A stretch of DNA of 62,372 nt, the filler included, from Hausera hauseri (taxonomy: Eukaryota), in assembly GCA_046269625.1 (NCBI GenBank). It is 12 parts of 12 records of this genome, joined end to end, with 100 filler letters (N's around TTAATTAATTAA, not from the genome) between each part and the next. Parts side by side here need not be neighbours in the genome. Positions count along the whole stretch, not along the records: positions 35,380 to 40,619 come from JBJURY010301611.1; positions 40,720 to 46,712 come from JBJURY010156978.1; positions 46,813 to 51,549 come from JBJURY010455469.1; 9 more parts are not named here. One strand, written 5' to 3'. Below are positions 35,280 to 48,110 of the stretch, piece by piece. The notes under the pieces are model-generated. The model did not search any database and was not told the origin of the DNA. It saw only the letters and a list, made by a program, of their open reading frames with translations. A program made the translations under genes and the position numbers. Each line of letters starts with the position of its first letter. Positions within the stretch are counted from its first letter, which is position 1.

Positions 35280-35379
35280 NNNNNNNNNNNNNNNNNNNNN
35301 NNNNNNNNNNNNNNNNNNNNNNNTTAATTAATTAANNNNNNNNNNNNNNNNNNNNNNNNNNNNNNNNNNNNNNNNNNNN
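35280..35379. other. Artificial contig linker
   Basis: N44-TTAATTAATTAA-N44. Confidence 0.98.
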
Positions 35380-36605
35380 AATCATATACTTATCCCAAAG
35401 CTATGTTCGTACAGATATTTAGATGGTCATAATTTTCCCTAATAAATAAATACGTCTATAGTCAGTCAAACACCTGTCGAATGTTACTATCGATATTGCA
35501 GATTTAGCTAGTATTCGGATAAATGAATACGGATATACTGATGGAGACTTTATCAGATGAGAACCTGCATCTAGTACACAGTTAATGAGGAAATAACATG
35601 GTTTAAGGGTATCTACCCTACGAGACATGTATGTGAACTGAAACGATAATTGCAGCTTTGATACGATAATTACCCATGAACGGTGAAAGTCTGAATAAAT
35701 CAATGTTTTGTGTCCATACTGTAATTATTGTCGAATATTAATGACAGCAACTCATGAATTATTACCTTGTAGGAAAATACCATTAGAGTATGTTGGGAGG
35801 GATAGAACTGTTGAATGATAACAAACGTTAGAAAGGTAAACCATTTATACATTGTAGATTAAATAAACTGGTAGCAAGATGGGTTGAAAGTAGAATAGAA
35901 CGAATATAAATAACCACAATAGTTGGGTAATTTCATCTTGATGCTTTATAGAGATTTCGCATAAAAATTTTTAGTAAATCAATACTAGAGATATTGAGAC
36001 TGATTCATTTCCGTCATTGTAGATAAGATTTTATCATTGAAGAGATAGAAAAACGATAATTTTACTAGATATAGTTATGTACATGTCGTAATTTAAGTAA
36101 AACTTTTAAGGATACCAATAATGAATAATTGGAGGTATAACTTAATCAGGCATAGACTAAACATAAGGAGTAACACATGTAGAATAAATAATAAGTTTAC
36201 TCCAAGATATAAATAAGTCACGTTTATATGTGGGATGTTTAATTGAAGGTTGTTTATAATCCCTCATCCTAACATATAAACCACACCCAGTTTACTTTTG
36301 ATAAGATATGAGTTCTTTCAAAGCGTTTTAATGAATCAGATTGTATTATTTATAAATCCTTATATTCCATCATGATGTAAGAATGTATTGTACATTTGAG
36401 TTCTCATCAATGATAAAATTGTAACTTTTAAAGTTGTCTCATAGTTTTCTTCACCTGCTAATGTTTCAAAGCTAGTATGTAGTCATGTTTAGTCGAATTA
36501 AAATTTTCCACCCAATTTACTACTCTGACTTGGTTGTCACCCTTGTAAAAATAAATTTGGTTTAAAACATGAGTGAAATAAAATAGTGCAAGGCTAAATA
36601 TTCTT

Positions 36606-36785
36606 TAAGTTCCGAGTTTACAAGGGGGTATGAGACTAGTACCTCCCGGTGACTGAAGGAATATTGTAAAAGTACCAGTTATTTTTTTGGGGAGGGGGGG
36701 TATGAAACAAGTACCTTTCGGTTTCTGAGGGAATATTGTATAAGTGCCGAGTTTACGTGGGAATATGAGGTAAGTACCGTTTTGA
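36606..36785. repeat. Degenerate tandem repeat, ~30-40-bp units alternating as a ~63-70-bp dimer
   Basis: Recurrent (t/a)AGT(A/G/T)CC, GGGGGTATGA and GGAATATTGTA blocks. Confidence 0.65.
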
Positions 36786-38619
36786 CTTTTCCGTGTTTTC
36801 TGTGCAAATTGTGGAGAGGATAATTTAGAAAAACGTGCCAAACGTTTTACTTGCAATATTTAGATGTGCAGCAAAGTGAATGAATATGACGAATTTTTTG
36901 AATGATACTGTACAAATATGGCAAAAATATGACGTCAGATATTCGAAAGGAGGCTGAAATAAAAAAGCTGATTTTCGATCGAATTCGAATATTCGAATAG
37001 TACCATCGGATTCCCGATGTCAGAAAACCTTTGTAGACCAAAAATTGGGTGTGCAAAGTATTTACAAGTGTCTCAAAATGAATAAAACAGAGAAAATTTC
37101 GAAAATGTTTGGTCAAGCACGCATTATTCGAAGAATCTGATGGCTTTAATCGATTCCCCATGTTTCGTTTTGGTTGGTACAATTATAGCATTAACGTCCT
37201 TAGGGAAAATAAAACCTCGATATTGAGGCTTGTACGTTCGATGCAACCTTCTACTACCGATTGTGTTGTCAAAATTTCCCTGGTGATCTAACAAATTTCA
37301 ATGATTTTTATTACTATTACACTGACTAACAACGTTTGTTTGCAGTTTAAACTGTTGCATGTTACCGTCATTACGGTTACGTGTCTCCAAGCAACTCTGA
37401 AGATTATTAAATTCAATTCCGCGTGAATCTGATATAGGTTTAGCGGGGTTGATGTAATTTCTTCTGTTGTGCCTGATATGGGAATAGTGTGGCAAGTCGT
37501 CCGAGATGTGGTACTCAGTCAATGAATGGAGGTGCGAAACGTAAATGAAGTATCGGCCTATCCGAAGTTTTATGAACGAAAAATGGGCATTAGTTGACAC
37601 ACGTTTGACAACAAAACGGTAGCAAAAATAAAATGACATTGGCAAGAAAAATAGATAATAATACGCAATCTTCAAAACTTACAAAAACCACACTGTCACG
37701 CAAAGAAAAAATAATGTGATAGTTTGTTCTGGCTGGAAATGAGACGTCTGATGATGCCGAGCCTGGCGTGCAAAGTATCTTCTGACACCAATGTAGTTCT
37801 TACTTAAATTCTGAACGATCATACAAGAATCTTTTTAAGTTAAAAGGAACCAACATTGTAGCTGACCGGATTTCTTTGTTGGCGTTATCCGGTACAGCTA
37901 GTATCAGAATCGGGTCCATCTGTTCCCTCGATAATGAAAACCTATACAACGGTTGAAACCGAATCTGTGTAAAAAGGTTGCCTGATTTCCTGGCACAACG
38001 ATCTCGTCGGAGTCTGTCATCCTCACGCAACTGCTGAGACAATTGTTAATATCTGATACCCTACGAGTATCAAGGATCCAACAGATTCTGTCGTTGAACA
38101 AATTCCAATAATTCACTATAAATGAAATATCCAACGTTGGAAATTATTCTACAAAAATTAACTCAGGTGAATGTTTATTTATTTAATTTTTTATTTGAAC
38201 ATCTTTACATAACTTGATCCAGTGAAACAAATTGAATTCCAACAAAAAAACGAACAATAACAAAAAATATAGTACATTTATATATGCACATGCACAACAA
38301 GCGTTTACAATGCATGCATACCGACTGCCATGTGTGTTGTTCTGCCACTTTCACGTGCAAAACGCAAAAGAATAGACATGAATAGTGTCGGTTTTACACG
38401 TTATTAGAACAAGTTCTGCCCGAGGAACCACCCCTGTTCAAAAATCCGAGATCCTGTTTGTTCTTCGTATAGGATTTTTCACAGTCCCCACGACCGCCAA
38501 ATAAAACCCGGGGAAAGGGAGGCGTTCGGTCCCGGACTTGCGCGCCGCACGGGGAACAACAAACCCCTGATCTCATCCGGCTAGGCGGGCCAGGAGCAAA
38601 CCATGTGGGTACCACAGTT

Positions 38620-40098
38620 GGTATACATGAAACTCGATGTCTACTTGTAAGATATGTTTTTGAACAGTTTGAAAAGGAGGTTAAGTTACAGAATGGTTTA
38701 GAAGCCGTGAATTTTGTTTAAATTCCCGAATTATCTTAGGCAACAGCACTGAAAACAAATCCCTGTAAGATTGAGCTTATAGAGGATTCTGAAATGTGCA
38801 GTTTCTTTCAATTAGGTATTCGCGGTGGTATGACTTTTGTAAATAAGCATAGGGTTACCACTGATGAAAGCACCGGTCTCTTGTATATAGATGTAAATAA
38901 TTTGTACGGCTGGGCCTTATCATAACCTTTACCGTTTGATAATTTAACTTGGATTTATGATGAGGAAAAATTAAATAGTCTTATTGAGCAATTACCCTTT
39001 ATTGACACTGTTAGGGAAAAATTTGGTTTAGTCTTTGAAGTCGATTTAAGAATTTCAGCTGATAAACATGACAAATTAGACCAACTGCCTTTAGTTTCAA
39101 TCAATCAATGTTTTCCTGGTTCCAAAGTAAAGAAATTATTGCTGACACACAAGCGTATGTTATTCACTATCGGCTCTTACAGTTTTACATCAAGTTAGGT
39201 GTTGTAGTTGAGAATGCACATCGGGCTGTTGAGTTTGACCAGGATTATGTTTTTAGGGGTTACATAGATATAAATACTGCTAAGATGGCTGCAGCAAATA
39301 ATGCTTTTGAGAAGGACTTTTTAAGGTTAAAAGCAACAACCTGTATGGGAAAACGGTTGAAAACCTGTTGAAAGGGTCAAATTTGAGACTCTGTTATAAT
39401 GCTAAGAAGCTTATTACATATGCCAGAAAAGCCCAGTTTAAAGATAGTATTATAATAGCCGATGATCTGGTTGCCGTTCTTCTCGATAAAGATATTGTTA
39501 CATTAGATATGCCTTGTACACTGGTCAGGCCGTACTTGATCTTTCCAAGTTACGGATGTATGATGTGATTTATATCGAGTTATAGACGTATAATCAACAG
39601 TTTAATTGCGAGATTAATATTGTAGCCGGTGTCACAGACAACTTTTTCCTCGAATGCCGTGATGTGGATTTGCGATCACAGCTATTGCCAGCAATGATAG
39701 CTAATGAACAGTTGGCCACTTCGAACTATGATAAAAGTGATTCGCTCTTCTCAACTCGTTTCGCATCTGTAATAGGAAAATTTTAAGACGATAATAAGGG
39801 CTGTGTCCAGTATCAAAAGGGGATTTTCCTACGGCTGAAATCATGTGCCTTGAAAACCCAAAGGAAATCAGTGCTCAAATGCAAAGAGATCTATCTCAAA
39901 CAGACTGACTTACAGTTGGACAGGTATCTGCACGCATCGAAACCTGTTGTAGCACTATGGTGGATCCGGAGCGAATTGGGACCAAAAACCGCCAGCTGAT
40001 GAAAATCCAATCGAGAAAAAAGGCGTTGGACCCCTTTGACGACAAACGACACCGGATACAGAAAACTAAAAGTGTCGCATATGGACTTTATTGTATAA
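38620..40098 (+). pseudogene. Protein-primed DNA polymerase B, C-terminal half (Polinton/adintovirus)
   Basis: GIRGGMTFVNKH, YIDVNNLYG, FEKDF..K..N..YGK, GxTD, DDKR. Confidence 0.9.
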
Positions 40099-40429
40099 AT
40101 ATGTGAACATTTTTTGTACATTTCTTTTATTTCTTTGTATATTTCATAGCAATAAAAGTTTCGAATCTGTCATATATTGTTTGTCTTATTTAGGCTTACA
40201 GTAAATATGTACACTTTCAGTAATAGTGATTTATATGAACTTTGCGAACTTAAAACAAATTGAGAATCCATAATGTGGCCTAAAATGCTTTGTACTCGGG
40301 AGTGAGAATAGTGAAATTATGATGAAATCAGAAAACACAGTTACTTTTCCTGTGGGGGTCTTGGATAGAAAATGCTTTGTTCTCACGCCAAAAATACAGA
40401 GAATTTTCCTATGGGGGGTTCCGATCTGG

Positions 40430-40614
40430 TGTGCTCCTATCTACCTACTATGTTATATTAGTCCAATTTTCCCACCTCTACTTTGATGCCAAAATATCCT
40501 ATTAAATTTGATTTTAAACATGTCTTCTTTCTGCAATAACTGGCATACAAAGGTGGTTTTCCCACTACCACTAGGTCCAACTATCTGGAATACTGCAGTG
40601 TTATTAAGATCCAT
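40430..40614 (-). pseudogene. Packaging ATPase N-terminal fragment
   Basis: MDLNNTAVFQIVGPSGSGKTTFVCQLL Walker A. Confidence 0.75.
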
Positions 40615-40619
40615 TTTTA

Positions 40620-40719
40620 NNNNNNNNNNNNNNNNNNNNNNNNNNNNNNNNNNNNNNNNNNNNTTAATTAATTAANNNNNNNNNNNNNNNNNNNNNNNNN
40701 NNNNNNNNNNNNNNNNNNN
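40620..40719. other. Artificial contig linker
   Basis: N44-TTAATTAATTAA-N44. Confidence 0.98.
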
Positions 40720-40895
40720 TTGGCCACCAAGCCGGCGCAGTTTTATTGGGATGGAATCCATAAATTGCCCGAAAGATGGGGAAAAGTTTTAGTTTCAGAT
40801 GGTCAATACTTTGAATAACATGATATTTAGAAATTTCTTAAAATAAAGTTTTATTTTCACAAATAAATTCCGGTTTTTAAGTTGCGCTCCCAATA
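40720..40895 (+). mobile_element. Mariner transposon 3' end (transposase C-terminus and TIR)
   Basis: FYWDGIHKLPERWGKVLVSDGQYFE*, then ...GCGCTCCCAATA followed by TA. Confidence 0.9.
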
Positions 40896-41169
40896 TACAA
40901 ATGAAAAAAAATTCTTCTGCGAAATGACGTAACGTTCAAATGGTCTCATTTTATGATTTTGATTCTCCTGACAAAGTTTTAAGGATTTTCAGGCATTTAT
41001 AAATGCAAAAAGGTACTTAACAGTTGTCATCAGTTATGTACGGTATGAACGGCAAAATGATTTGAATTATCTGAATGATCGCTCAACGTCAATCGATGCA
41101 CTGTGCCAAGATATTTGTCTGTGTGGCCAAAATTGAAAATTTTCAATTTGCTCTTTAAAATGCAATATT

Positions 41170-41790
41170 CATTGATCTTCAACAACACCGTGCTATCTAA
41201 TCTACAAACGGTAGATTATGATTGTCTTTGTATGAAATCTTTATCAATCTTTCTTAAACAAAACTTTATTCTATTCTTCAGCTGTTCAATATTTATCGTT
41301 TTCCAACCATTCTTGTAAACATCTCTTCGAAATAGATCAAAAGTTCTCAATAAGTCTTGCTTCTGGTAAATTAACTAGGTTGTCATCATCAAAGATCCAG
41401 TTATGATTTGGAAATTTGCGCAAAAGTCGGCCACACTTGGTTTTCGCAAGCTGTCTTTGGGCTTCTGTTCGCTTAGGAATCTTAGTTTTCCTTCGCTTTT
41501 TGAATTGGAGATTTTGTTTTGATTATTTTATATAACATTGTGGTGTGAAGTTGAATTTACTCTCAGCTAGTCGGTATGAAACATTGTCCTTTTCCAGCTG
41601 GTCAATTTTCTTTCTGGTCATCTTCATAGCTTTGCGACCACTACCAACACGTCTCTTGTATCCTGATTCATTCTCAACATGTCCAATAACACGGTAGATG
41701 ATGGATTTGGGTACATTTTCTTGTAAAAAATGATCTACCGTGTACTTTTTATCTTTTCCTCGACTCGTTTTCAAAGCGATTTTAAATTCG
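41170..41790 (-). mobile_element. Internally deleted Tc1/mariner-superfamily (DD37E-like) transposase
   Basis: HTH region and RRVGSGRK, WIFDD joined directly to NLPEARLIENF..KR.VY..GW. Confidence 0.7.
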
Positions 41791-42100
41791 TTCTAAAAAT
41801 AAATATAAAAACCATATAAAACATTCTCATTTTTTAGTGAACACTCGGTAACGGTCCGTCGAAAAATACCCCCCTTACACAAACGCCACGTTAGAATTAC
41901 ATTCAATGATGCCATATTTGGACTACTTATGTTTTACAATGTTATGATTTAATAGGGATTATAAATTAATCTTTTTATTTATGGTTATTTCAAATTTAAA
42001 GTTGTCGAATTTATGGATCGACAAAAAGTTGCAACTGAAGTGAAAGTTATTGATTTATTCATTGGCACTTATTTTTCGTCACTGGTGATTATGTAAAAAA

Positions 42101-43360
42101 AACTCTGCTGTCGTTGGTGCCTTTGACGTGTCATCCACGGTAAGATTCACTTTGAGATTTCCTATCAACATTCAACAAATAAAATCGAATCCCGAAATTC
42201 ATCAAATACGTTTCGGATCCTGGGACTTTAGACGGGTTTCTGAAAAAAAAAGTCAAATGAAATCTATTAGTTATTTTCGTATTGATTTTCAGGTTCCTCT
42301 TGAAAAATTTTCGAAACTTCTTGGATTTGAAAGCGTAAATGAAGCAGCACAATTTTGCAGAAAGATTAAAATTCGTTGTGTTATTGATAATGACAAAAAT
42401 GTCATGATTATACCAGGTTCCGAAATGGATTTTACCAACGGGCCGATTATGCGATTCAAAGTAATTCAATAAGTTAACCAAAATATAAACGAATGGACAC
42501 TTCAGTTAACCGAGGACAAGATTGGCGGCCGAAAATTATCGGCGATATTGAGCGGTTCGAACGATATTTTAACAAATCCATTTGTTTTGAAAGAATGTCG
42601 TATGGTGTCCTTTGATGTTAATGATACATATGTCGGCACCAGGAAATTGCCTGACATACCAATTAAAATTAAGACAACGATAAAGGATGATAAAAATTTG
42701 AAAAGACCAAAATTATTAAAGAACAAACAGGATTTCGTTGATGATGATGATGATGTCATTGAAGTTCCAATAAAAAAGAATCAGTTCATTGATCTGACTG
42801 ATGATCGTAGCAGTCCACCGACCCATCCAACATTATCGATATCAAATAATCATTTCAGTCGTCTAGAAAAAATCTACAATACTGGAATGGGAAACATAGC
42901 CAATTTATTTAAGAAAAGCAAAACTGATGTTGTTAATTCTTCAGTGACGGAAGTTGGCTTGTTTTCCCAATCAGTCTCAACCGCTATAACGCAGCAGTCT
43001 TTGTTTGTGACAACTCCGTCATCTGTCAATTTATTCCCGTCGACGATTTCAGGTGGTATCAATCTGTTTTCACAAAGCTCATGCTCAACGAACACGAATT
43101 TGTTTGGTCAGAGTTCGTCGTTTTCCGGCTCAACTGGACAGTCTTTCCTTGCACCAACAGTATCGATTTGTTCATCGGATCAAACAACAGAAATGAACTA
43201 TGACGAGGAGGAGGAAGAAGAAGACGATGAATATATTAATGAGGATGAATATATTAATGAGGATGAAGACATTAATGAGGATATCGGTAATGTCTGATCT
43301 TGTTACTACAACTTTGTAATTGGGCCATTTCAGAAGCTGTCGAACTTCAGCCAGAAACTG
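42101..43360 (+). CDS. Host gene fragment, GANP/SAC3 (MCM3AP)-like, multi-exon
   Basis: AVVGAFDVSST|VPLEKFSKLLGFESVNEAAQFC...|...SFDVNDTYVG resembles the SAC3/GANP domain end; GT-AG introns 42140..42292, 42461..42505, 43287..43333 keep frame; LFxQ low-complexity and acidic tracts. Confidence 0.65.
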
Positions 43361-43732
43361 TAAGTATAGCCTGAATTGTTTTAACTTACCATAATGACAA
43401 TTTTAGCATTTCAAAAAGATTATAAATATCAAAATGACAAGTCATTGAAATGAATGATAGAATGGATTTTTTTTTTCTAATATCCAAAGAGAATTGAACA
43501 TTTTGAGTTTTTAAACAATTTTTCGAACTGCAGTAAAACTTCGTCATAATGACTTTTTTTCGTGGAAACGAAAAAATTGCTTTTATGAACAGAACGAAAC
43601 AAAAACTATAGAAATTTATATTTATTATACCAATAATACGTGAATTCATTCTGATCATTGATGTATATTCTGCAAGAAAGTAATCCACAACAGAGGTCTA
43701 CTGTGTGCATCGCGTAGAACGACGAATATTAA

Positions 43733-43801
43733 CCATTTGCACTCTGAGGTCGCCGCTGTAGCGACATTATAAGACATTAAAATTGCTCAGAGCGTAAAGG
43801 G
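43733..43801. mobile_element. 69-bp piggyBac-type MITE
   Basis: TTAA on both sides (43729, 43802); imperfect 16-bp TIR CCATTTGCACTCTGAG / CTCAGAGCGTAAAGGG. Confidence 0.8.
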
Positions 43802-44389
43802 TTAAATGAATATTTTCTAGTAGAAATTAATGTTAAATTTTACATAAAATTTACTATCCATCAGACTACAGTTGGGAAAGTATTAAATAACCAAATAATT
43901 CAATTTTAGATTTAGAACGGAATGTGGATTTTTATAAGAAATTGTCAGAAACGTGCAAAATATACTGTTGATTAATAATATGAAAAAACTTTTTTCCCAA
44001 GTTAAAATGTTACAACTTTTCGCGCATGTTCAAGTCCCTCACAAAAATATCCAGGAATTTTGACATTTTCGGTAATTTTCTCGAGTTAAAATTTTTTAAT
44101 ATTCGATTAATAATGTTTGTTTGTTGTGCTGAAATAAAAAATATCCATCGACTATTTGGCTAACAGTTTGTAGTCTCGTGTGCATAGCCAAAATGTGTAC
44201 ATGAGAGAATGTACGATTGATAATAAGACTAATACATTTTAAATTGACAGAATTTCTAGAAAACAAATTAAATATTTAAAGAATTTTAAGAAATCAATAT
44301 AAATTAATTATTTAATGAACAGTAACTCTGTTGAAATCAGGGAAACCTAGTATTGGCGGTGTGGCTAAGGCTCTTTTTCATTGACTCGA

Positions 44390-45665
44390 AAGCCTCATTA
44401 CATTGTTCAGCCCATACTAGTTTCTTGTTAATCAATCCGCATAGTTGCTCCAATGTCTTGGCCTTTGCTGCGTAACCTTGGATAAATCTTCTAGATCCCT
44501 AAGAAGCTTCTCAAATTCTTGACACATTTTGGTTTTTCAAAGAACTTAATTGCTTCCAGTTTTGATGGGTCTGTCTGTATCCCCTTGTCATTCACTATAT
44601 GCCCTAAAAATTTTACTTCTTTCTTGAGAATGTGACATTTCTCTGGGTTTACTCTGGACCTGCCTCCCTGATCCGCTGCAATACCTTTTCTAGTATCCTA
44701 TAATGCTCTTCTAGAGTCTTAGAGAAGATCCATATATCATCTAGGTATACCACTGTTTGTGCAATGTACCCTAGTACTTTATTCATTAGTTCTTGGAAGG
44801 TGCCCTGGGCTGCTGCTATACCGAATGGCATCCTGTTGAAACAACTGTCCTAATTTGATTGAAAACGCCGTCTTCAATTTGGAGTCTTCCTCTAACTCGA
44901 CTTGATAGTATGCATTCCATAGGTCGATTGACGTGAAAAACTTGGTCCCGTATAACCTGTCTCTCTACCACATTAGGCATGGGGAAGGCCTGCCGTTCCG
45001 TTATAAGATTCAGTTATCTAAAGTCCAGGCATATTCTGACATCGTTCTTGTCTTTCTTCCTTACGCATATCATTGGTGTATTCCATGCTGTTACATGGCT
45101 TGATAATGTCGTTTTCCCATAAGTTTCGGATAGTCTCGTGGATCTTCTTTTCTAGGTTTACTGGTTGCCTGTGAGGTTTGATATTAATCGGCGCTCCTGT
45201 CGTGTCTATTAGGTGTTTGATGAGAGATGTGCACCCTATGTTTCACTTGTCGGCCATGAATACTTCTGGGTATTTCTGTAGATCTTTATCGTCACTCACC
45301 CGAAGAGCTTCCTTCGCCCTGTTGACTCGTTCTTGGTTAGTCACCTTACGGCCGAACTTGGCTTCCAGATTGCATATATCTTGCTGTAATGTTTCCGTTT
45401 CTGTGCGTTTCCATTCCAGTTTTATTCCGAATGCCTTTTGCAGGTCCACGCCACCTATTATTTCTGGGCGTAATTCCGACACTACCAGAAATGTTACACG
45501 TCTCCTTAGACCCTCGATTTTTACGTCTGTTGTCAGTGTGCCTAGGCAATCTAAGAGGCTATTGTTCGAACATCGTAGTGTGGTATCTGATTTCTCTATG
45601 TGTGTCTTTGCAAGTTTATCCACGGTTTTCTTGCTAATGACGTTTACTTTGGCACCCGTGTCCTA
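44390..45665 (-). mobile_element. Ty3/Gypsy pol remnant (PR-RT)
   Basis: DTGAKVNVI, IIGGVD, CLDFR.LN, MPFGIAAA, VYLDDI, KFLGHIV. Confidence 0.9.
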
Positions 45666-46712
45666 TAACGGTGTATAGTAGTCCAAATGATAAACAGTGA
45701 GAGGCTCCACGAGGAGAGACACCTCGAAAACAGTGATCATGAATGATTCAACATTTAATATGGATGTATTTTCCTTTTATAAATATTTTATTTGCTGTTC
45801 GTTGCGAAATGATGAGTTAATAAAGGAATTAAAACGAATGGTAATACGGTATTCGATAAAACAAACAAATTTTGTAAATCGAAATTAAATCGAATTGTAA
45901 TTTTATTTTGTGACCTTCGGGTAAAAGTTCTCACACATTGCTATACTGTAAAACAAATAAGCAACGGCTGAAAAGGCTTATATACTTGCGTGGGAAATTA
46001 TAGAATTAAGGATGTAATTGATACATTTAAACAAAAGTATAGAATGTTCCGGAAGTCCATAGATTTTGTAAAATGTATATTTTATATAAAAATGTCCGTA
46101 AACTTTTGCAACACCGTAATATTAGGATGTTGATTTGTCATCGTTTATGTATAAAGTCAACATTTATAAATTTAACGGATTCTGTGTCAGACAACTAAAA
46201 ACAAATACCAGATTTGCTTATTTTTGGAAGTATATAGTGAATATATAATTTGCACACATACACGTCATTTAACAGTATTTGGCTTTAAAAATCGGATCAA
46301 AGCACCATTCATGTTCTACAAGACAAAAGCATCACTAAACTATCAACATCGTATTCAATTGGCGGAAAATATATTTTTCACAAAATGTCTAACAAAATAT
46401 CCATGGAAATGACATTTATTATTCCAATACATAAAATAATTCCAATACTTACTAAATATGTGCATTCCTATTACTCTGTACATGATCGAGCTAAGCTATT
46501 ATCAAAATAAAATAAACAAAATAGAATAAATAGAAAGCACTTACAATAAACTTCCAGTGAATTTCAATTTGTAATCTAAATGGACTAAATGGAAAAATAA
46601 ATAAACAAAAGCTACTTACTGCTATTTTCTTAATTTCTCTCATTGTTACCTGATAAATGAATAATGGATTATAACATTTAAATAAATTTACCTTGTCATT
46701 TTTTGGTGATTA

Positions 46713-46812
46713 NNNNNNNNNNNNNNNNNNNNNNNNNNNNNNNNNNNNNNNNNNNNTTAATTAATTAANNNNNNNNNNNNNNNNNNNNNNNNNNNNNNNN
46801 NNNNNNNNNNNN
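46713..46812. other. Artificial contig linker
   Basis: N44-TTAATTAATTAA-N44. Confidence 0.98.
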
Positions 46813-46992
46813 GGTGAAGAAATACGCGGTAAATTCTACGAACAGGAACTGCAGGTACTGCCCGAGAAACCCGATGTATATCGTATTCAAAAAATTCTAC
46901 GTTCACGCGGAGAAGGTTCGAATAAACAATATCTCGTCAAGTGGCATGGATACACTACACCCAGTTGGACATTTGCATCGCAGATTGAGTGA
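46813..46992 (+). pseudogene. Integrase C-terminal chromodomain
   Basis: GKFYEQELQ...YRIQKILR...QYLVKWHGY. Confidence 0.85.
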
Positions 46993-48062
46993 TGAGCATT
47001 TATTTGATACTTGATAGTAACAAATTATTGGAACATGACAACAACAATAACAATACTGCTGATCAGTTTACCATGGCATTGGACCAGCAGCTCGACTTAC
47101 GCCAGGGAGCCTGGGAAGTGGCTTTGGCGGAATTTACGTTTACATTTTCACAAATAAGAATACGTGAGAACAGTAGAATATACTATACTCTGGTAAGACA
47201 ATCTCCTGCATCTAGTCGTTTGCAGTTAGTCCGAGACTCTAATGGAACATTTTATGTTCTCAATTATCAACGGCAATATTTTCTTGTATACATATTTTAT
47301 TTAAACAATCGATTGGTGCTAAAACACAAATATCCGATTGAATTGCAATTTAAATCACTAGCCGACTCTCAAGCATGGGGTTTTTAATCATCTGCCAATG
47401 TGCACGCGAAAGGTTTACAGCTCGGTTGACAGAGTATAATTAGTGAAAAACTGAACTTTTCCACTGCGAAAACCACCGATATTACAGTGAACTGGCAAGA
47501 GGCTGAATCATTCTTTTACTATCATATAACAGGAATTGGTTATCTTACAGACACAAAAACAGAATTCTGTGAAACCATCAAAACAGTAGCTAAATTGGTT
47601 CTCAAGACATTTGAATTAAACTCTAATGGTCGTACTTCCTTTACACTACATGATAATATTACATATTTTGCCTTTGATAAACTATTAACACGGAATCTGG
47701 GTTTTAAGAAACGAGAATTCGGTCAAACCGGCGGCGAACGGCCCATTGTTGCTAAACACAAACCACGTCTTTACGAAGCATTTTATCGAATCAATATTTT
47801 AACGGATCTAACCGAACCACTATATGTTGGCGGAGACCGTAAACAACTATTGGCTTCTATTGGACTGGATTTGGACACGTACAAAACACCGTGCGAAACT
47901 GCTTATGTAAATATCATCCGGCCCATGTATTTATCGTTGTCTCACAATATTGTGAACAGTATTTCCGTGTATATGATAGACGAATTTTGGAAACCCTTAA
48001 AATTTCTGTTCGGAGCCAAGACACATTTGATGCTACATTTTTGTCATCTTCGCCATCGATAA
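46992..48062 (+). pseudogene. Minor capsid protein (penton) 1
   Basis: IYLILDSN..NTADQF..WEVALAEF; EPLYVGGDRKQLL..THLMLHF. Confidence 0.82.
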
Positions 48063-48110
48063 TAAACAAACTGCGTCATCATCACCATCATCATCATCAT
48101 CATCGAGATC

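Noticed and set aside
35380-36560. Decayed coding-like region (also 37100..38150 and 1..900)
   Set aside because: No motif recognised in any frame; needs a translated profile search
36606-36785. CRISPR-like array (also 61166..61270)
   Set aside because: No constant repeat with unique spacers, no cas genes, eukaryotic context
38394-38615. HDV-like ribozyme in the GC island
   Set aside because: An L3-like TCCCCGT is present but I could not build P1/P2 pairings
38815-38832. IRGGM in pPolB (also ~54814..54830) as another UBL end
   Set aside because: It is the conserved (G)IRGG motif preceding PolB region II, with no UBL-like sequence upstream
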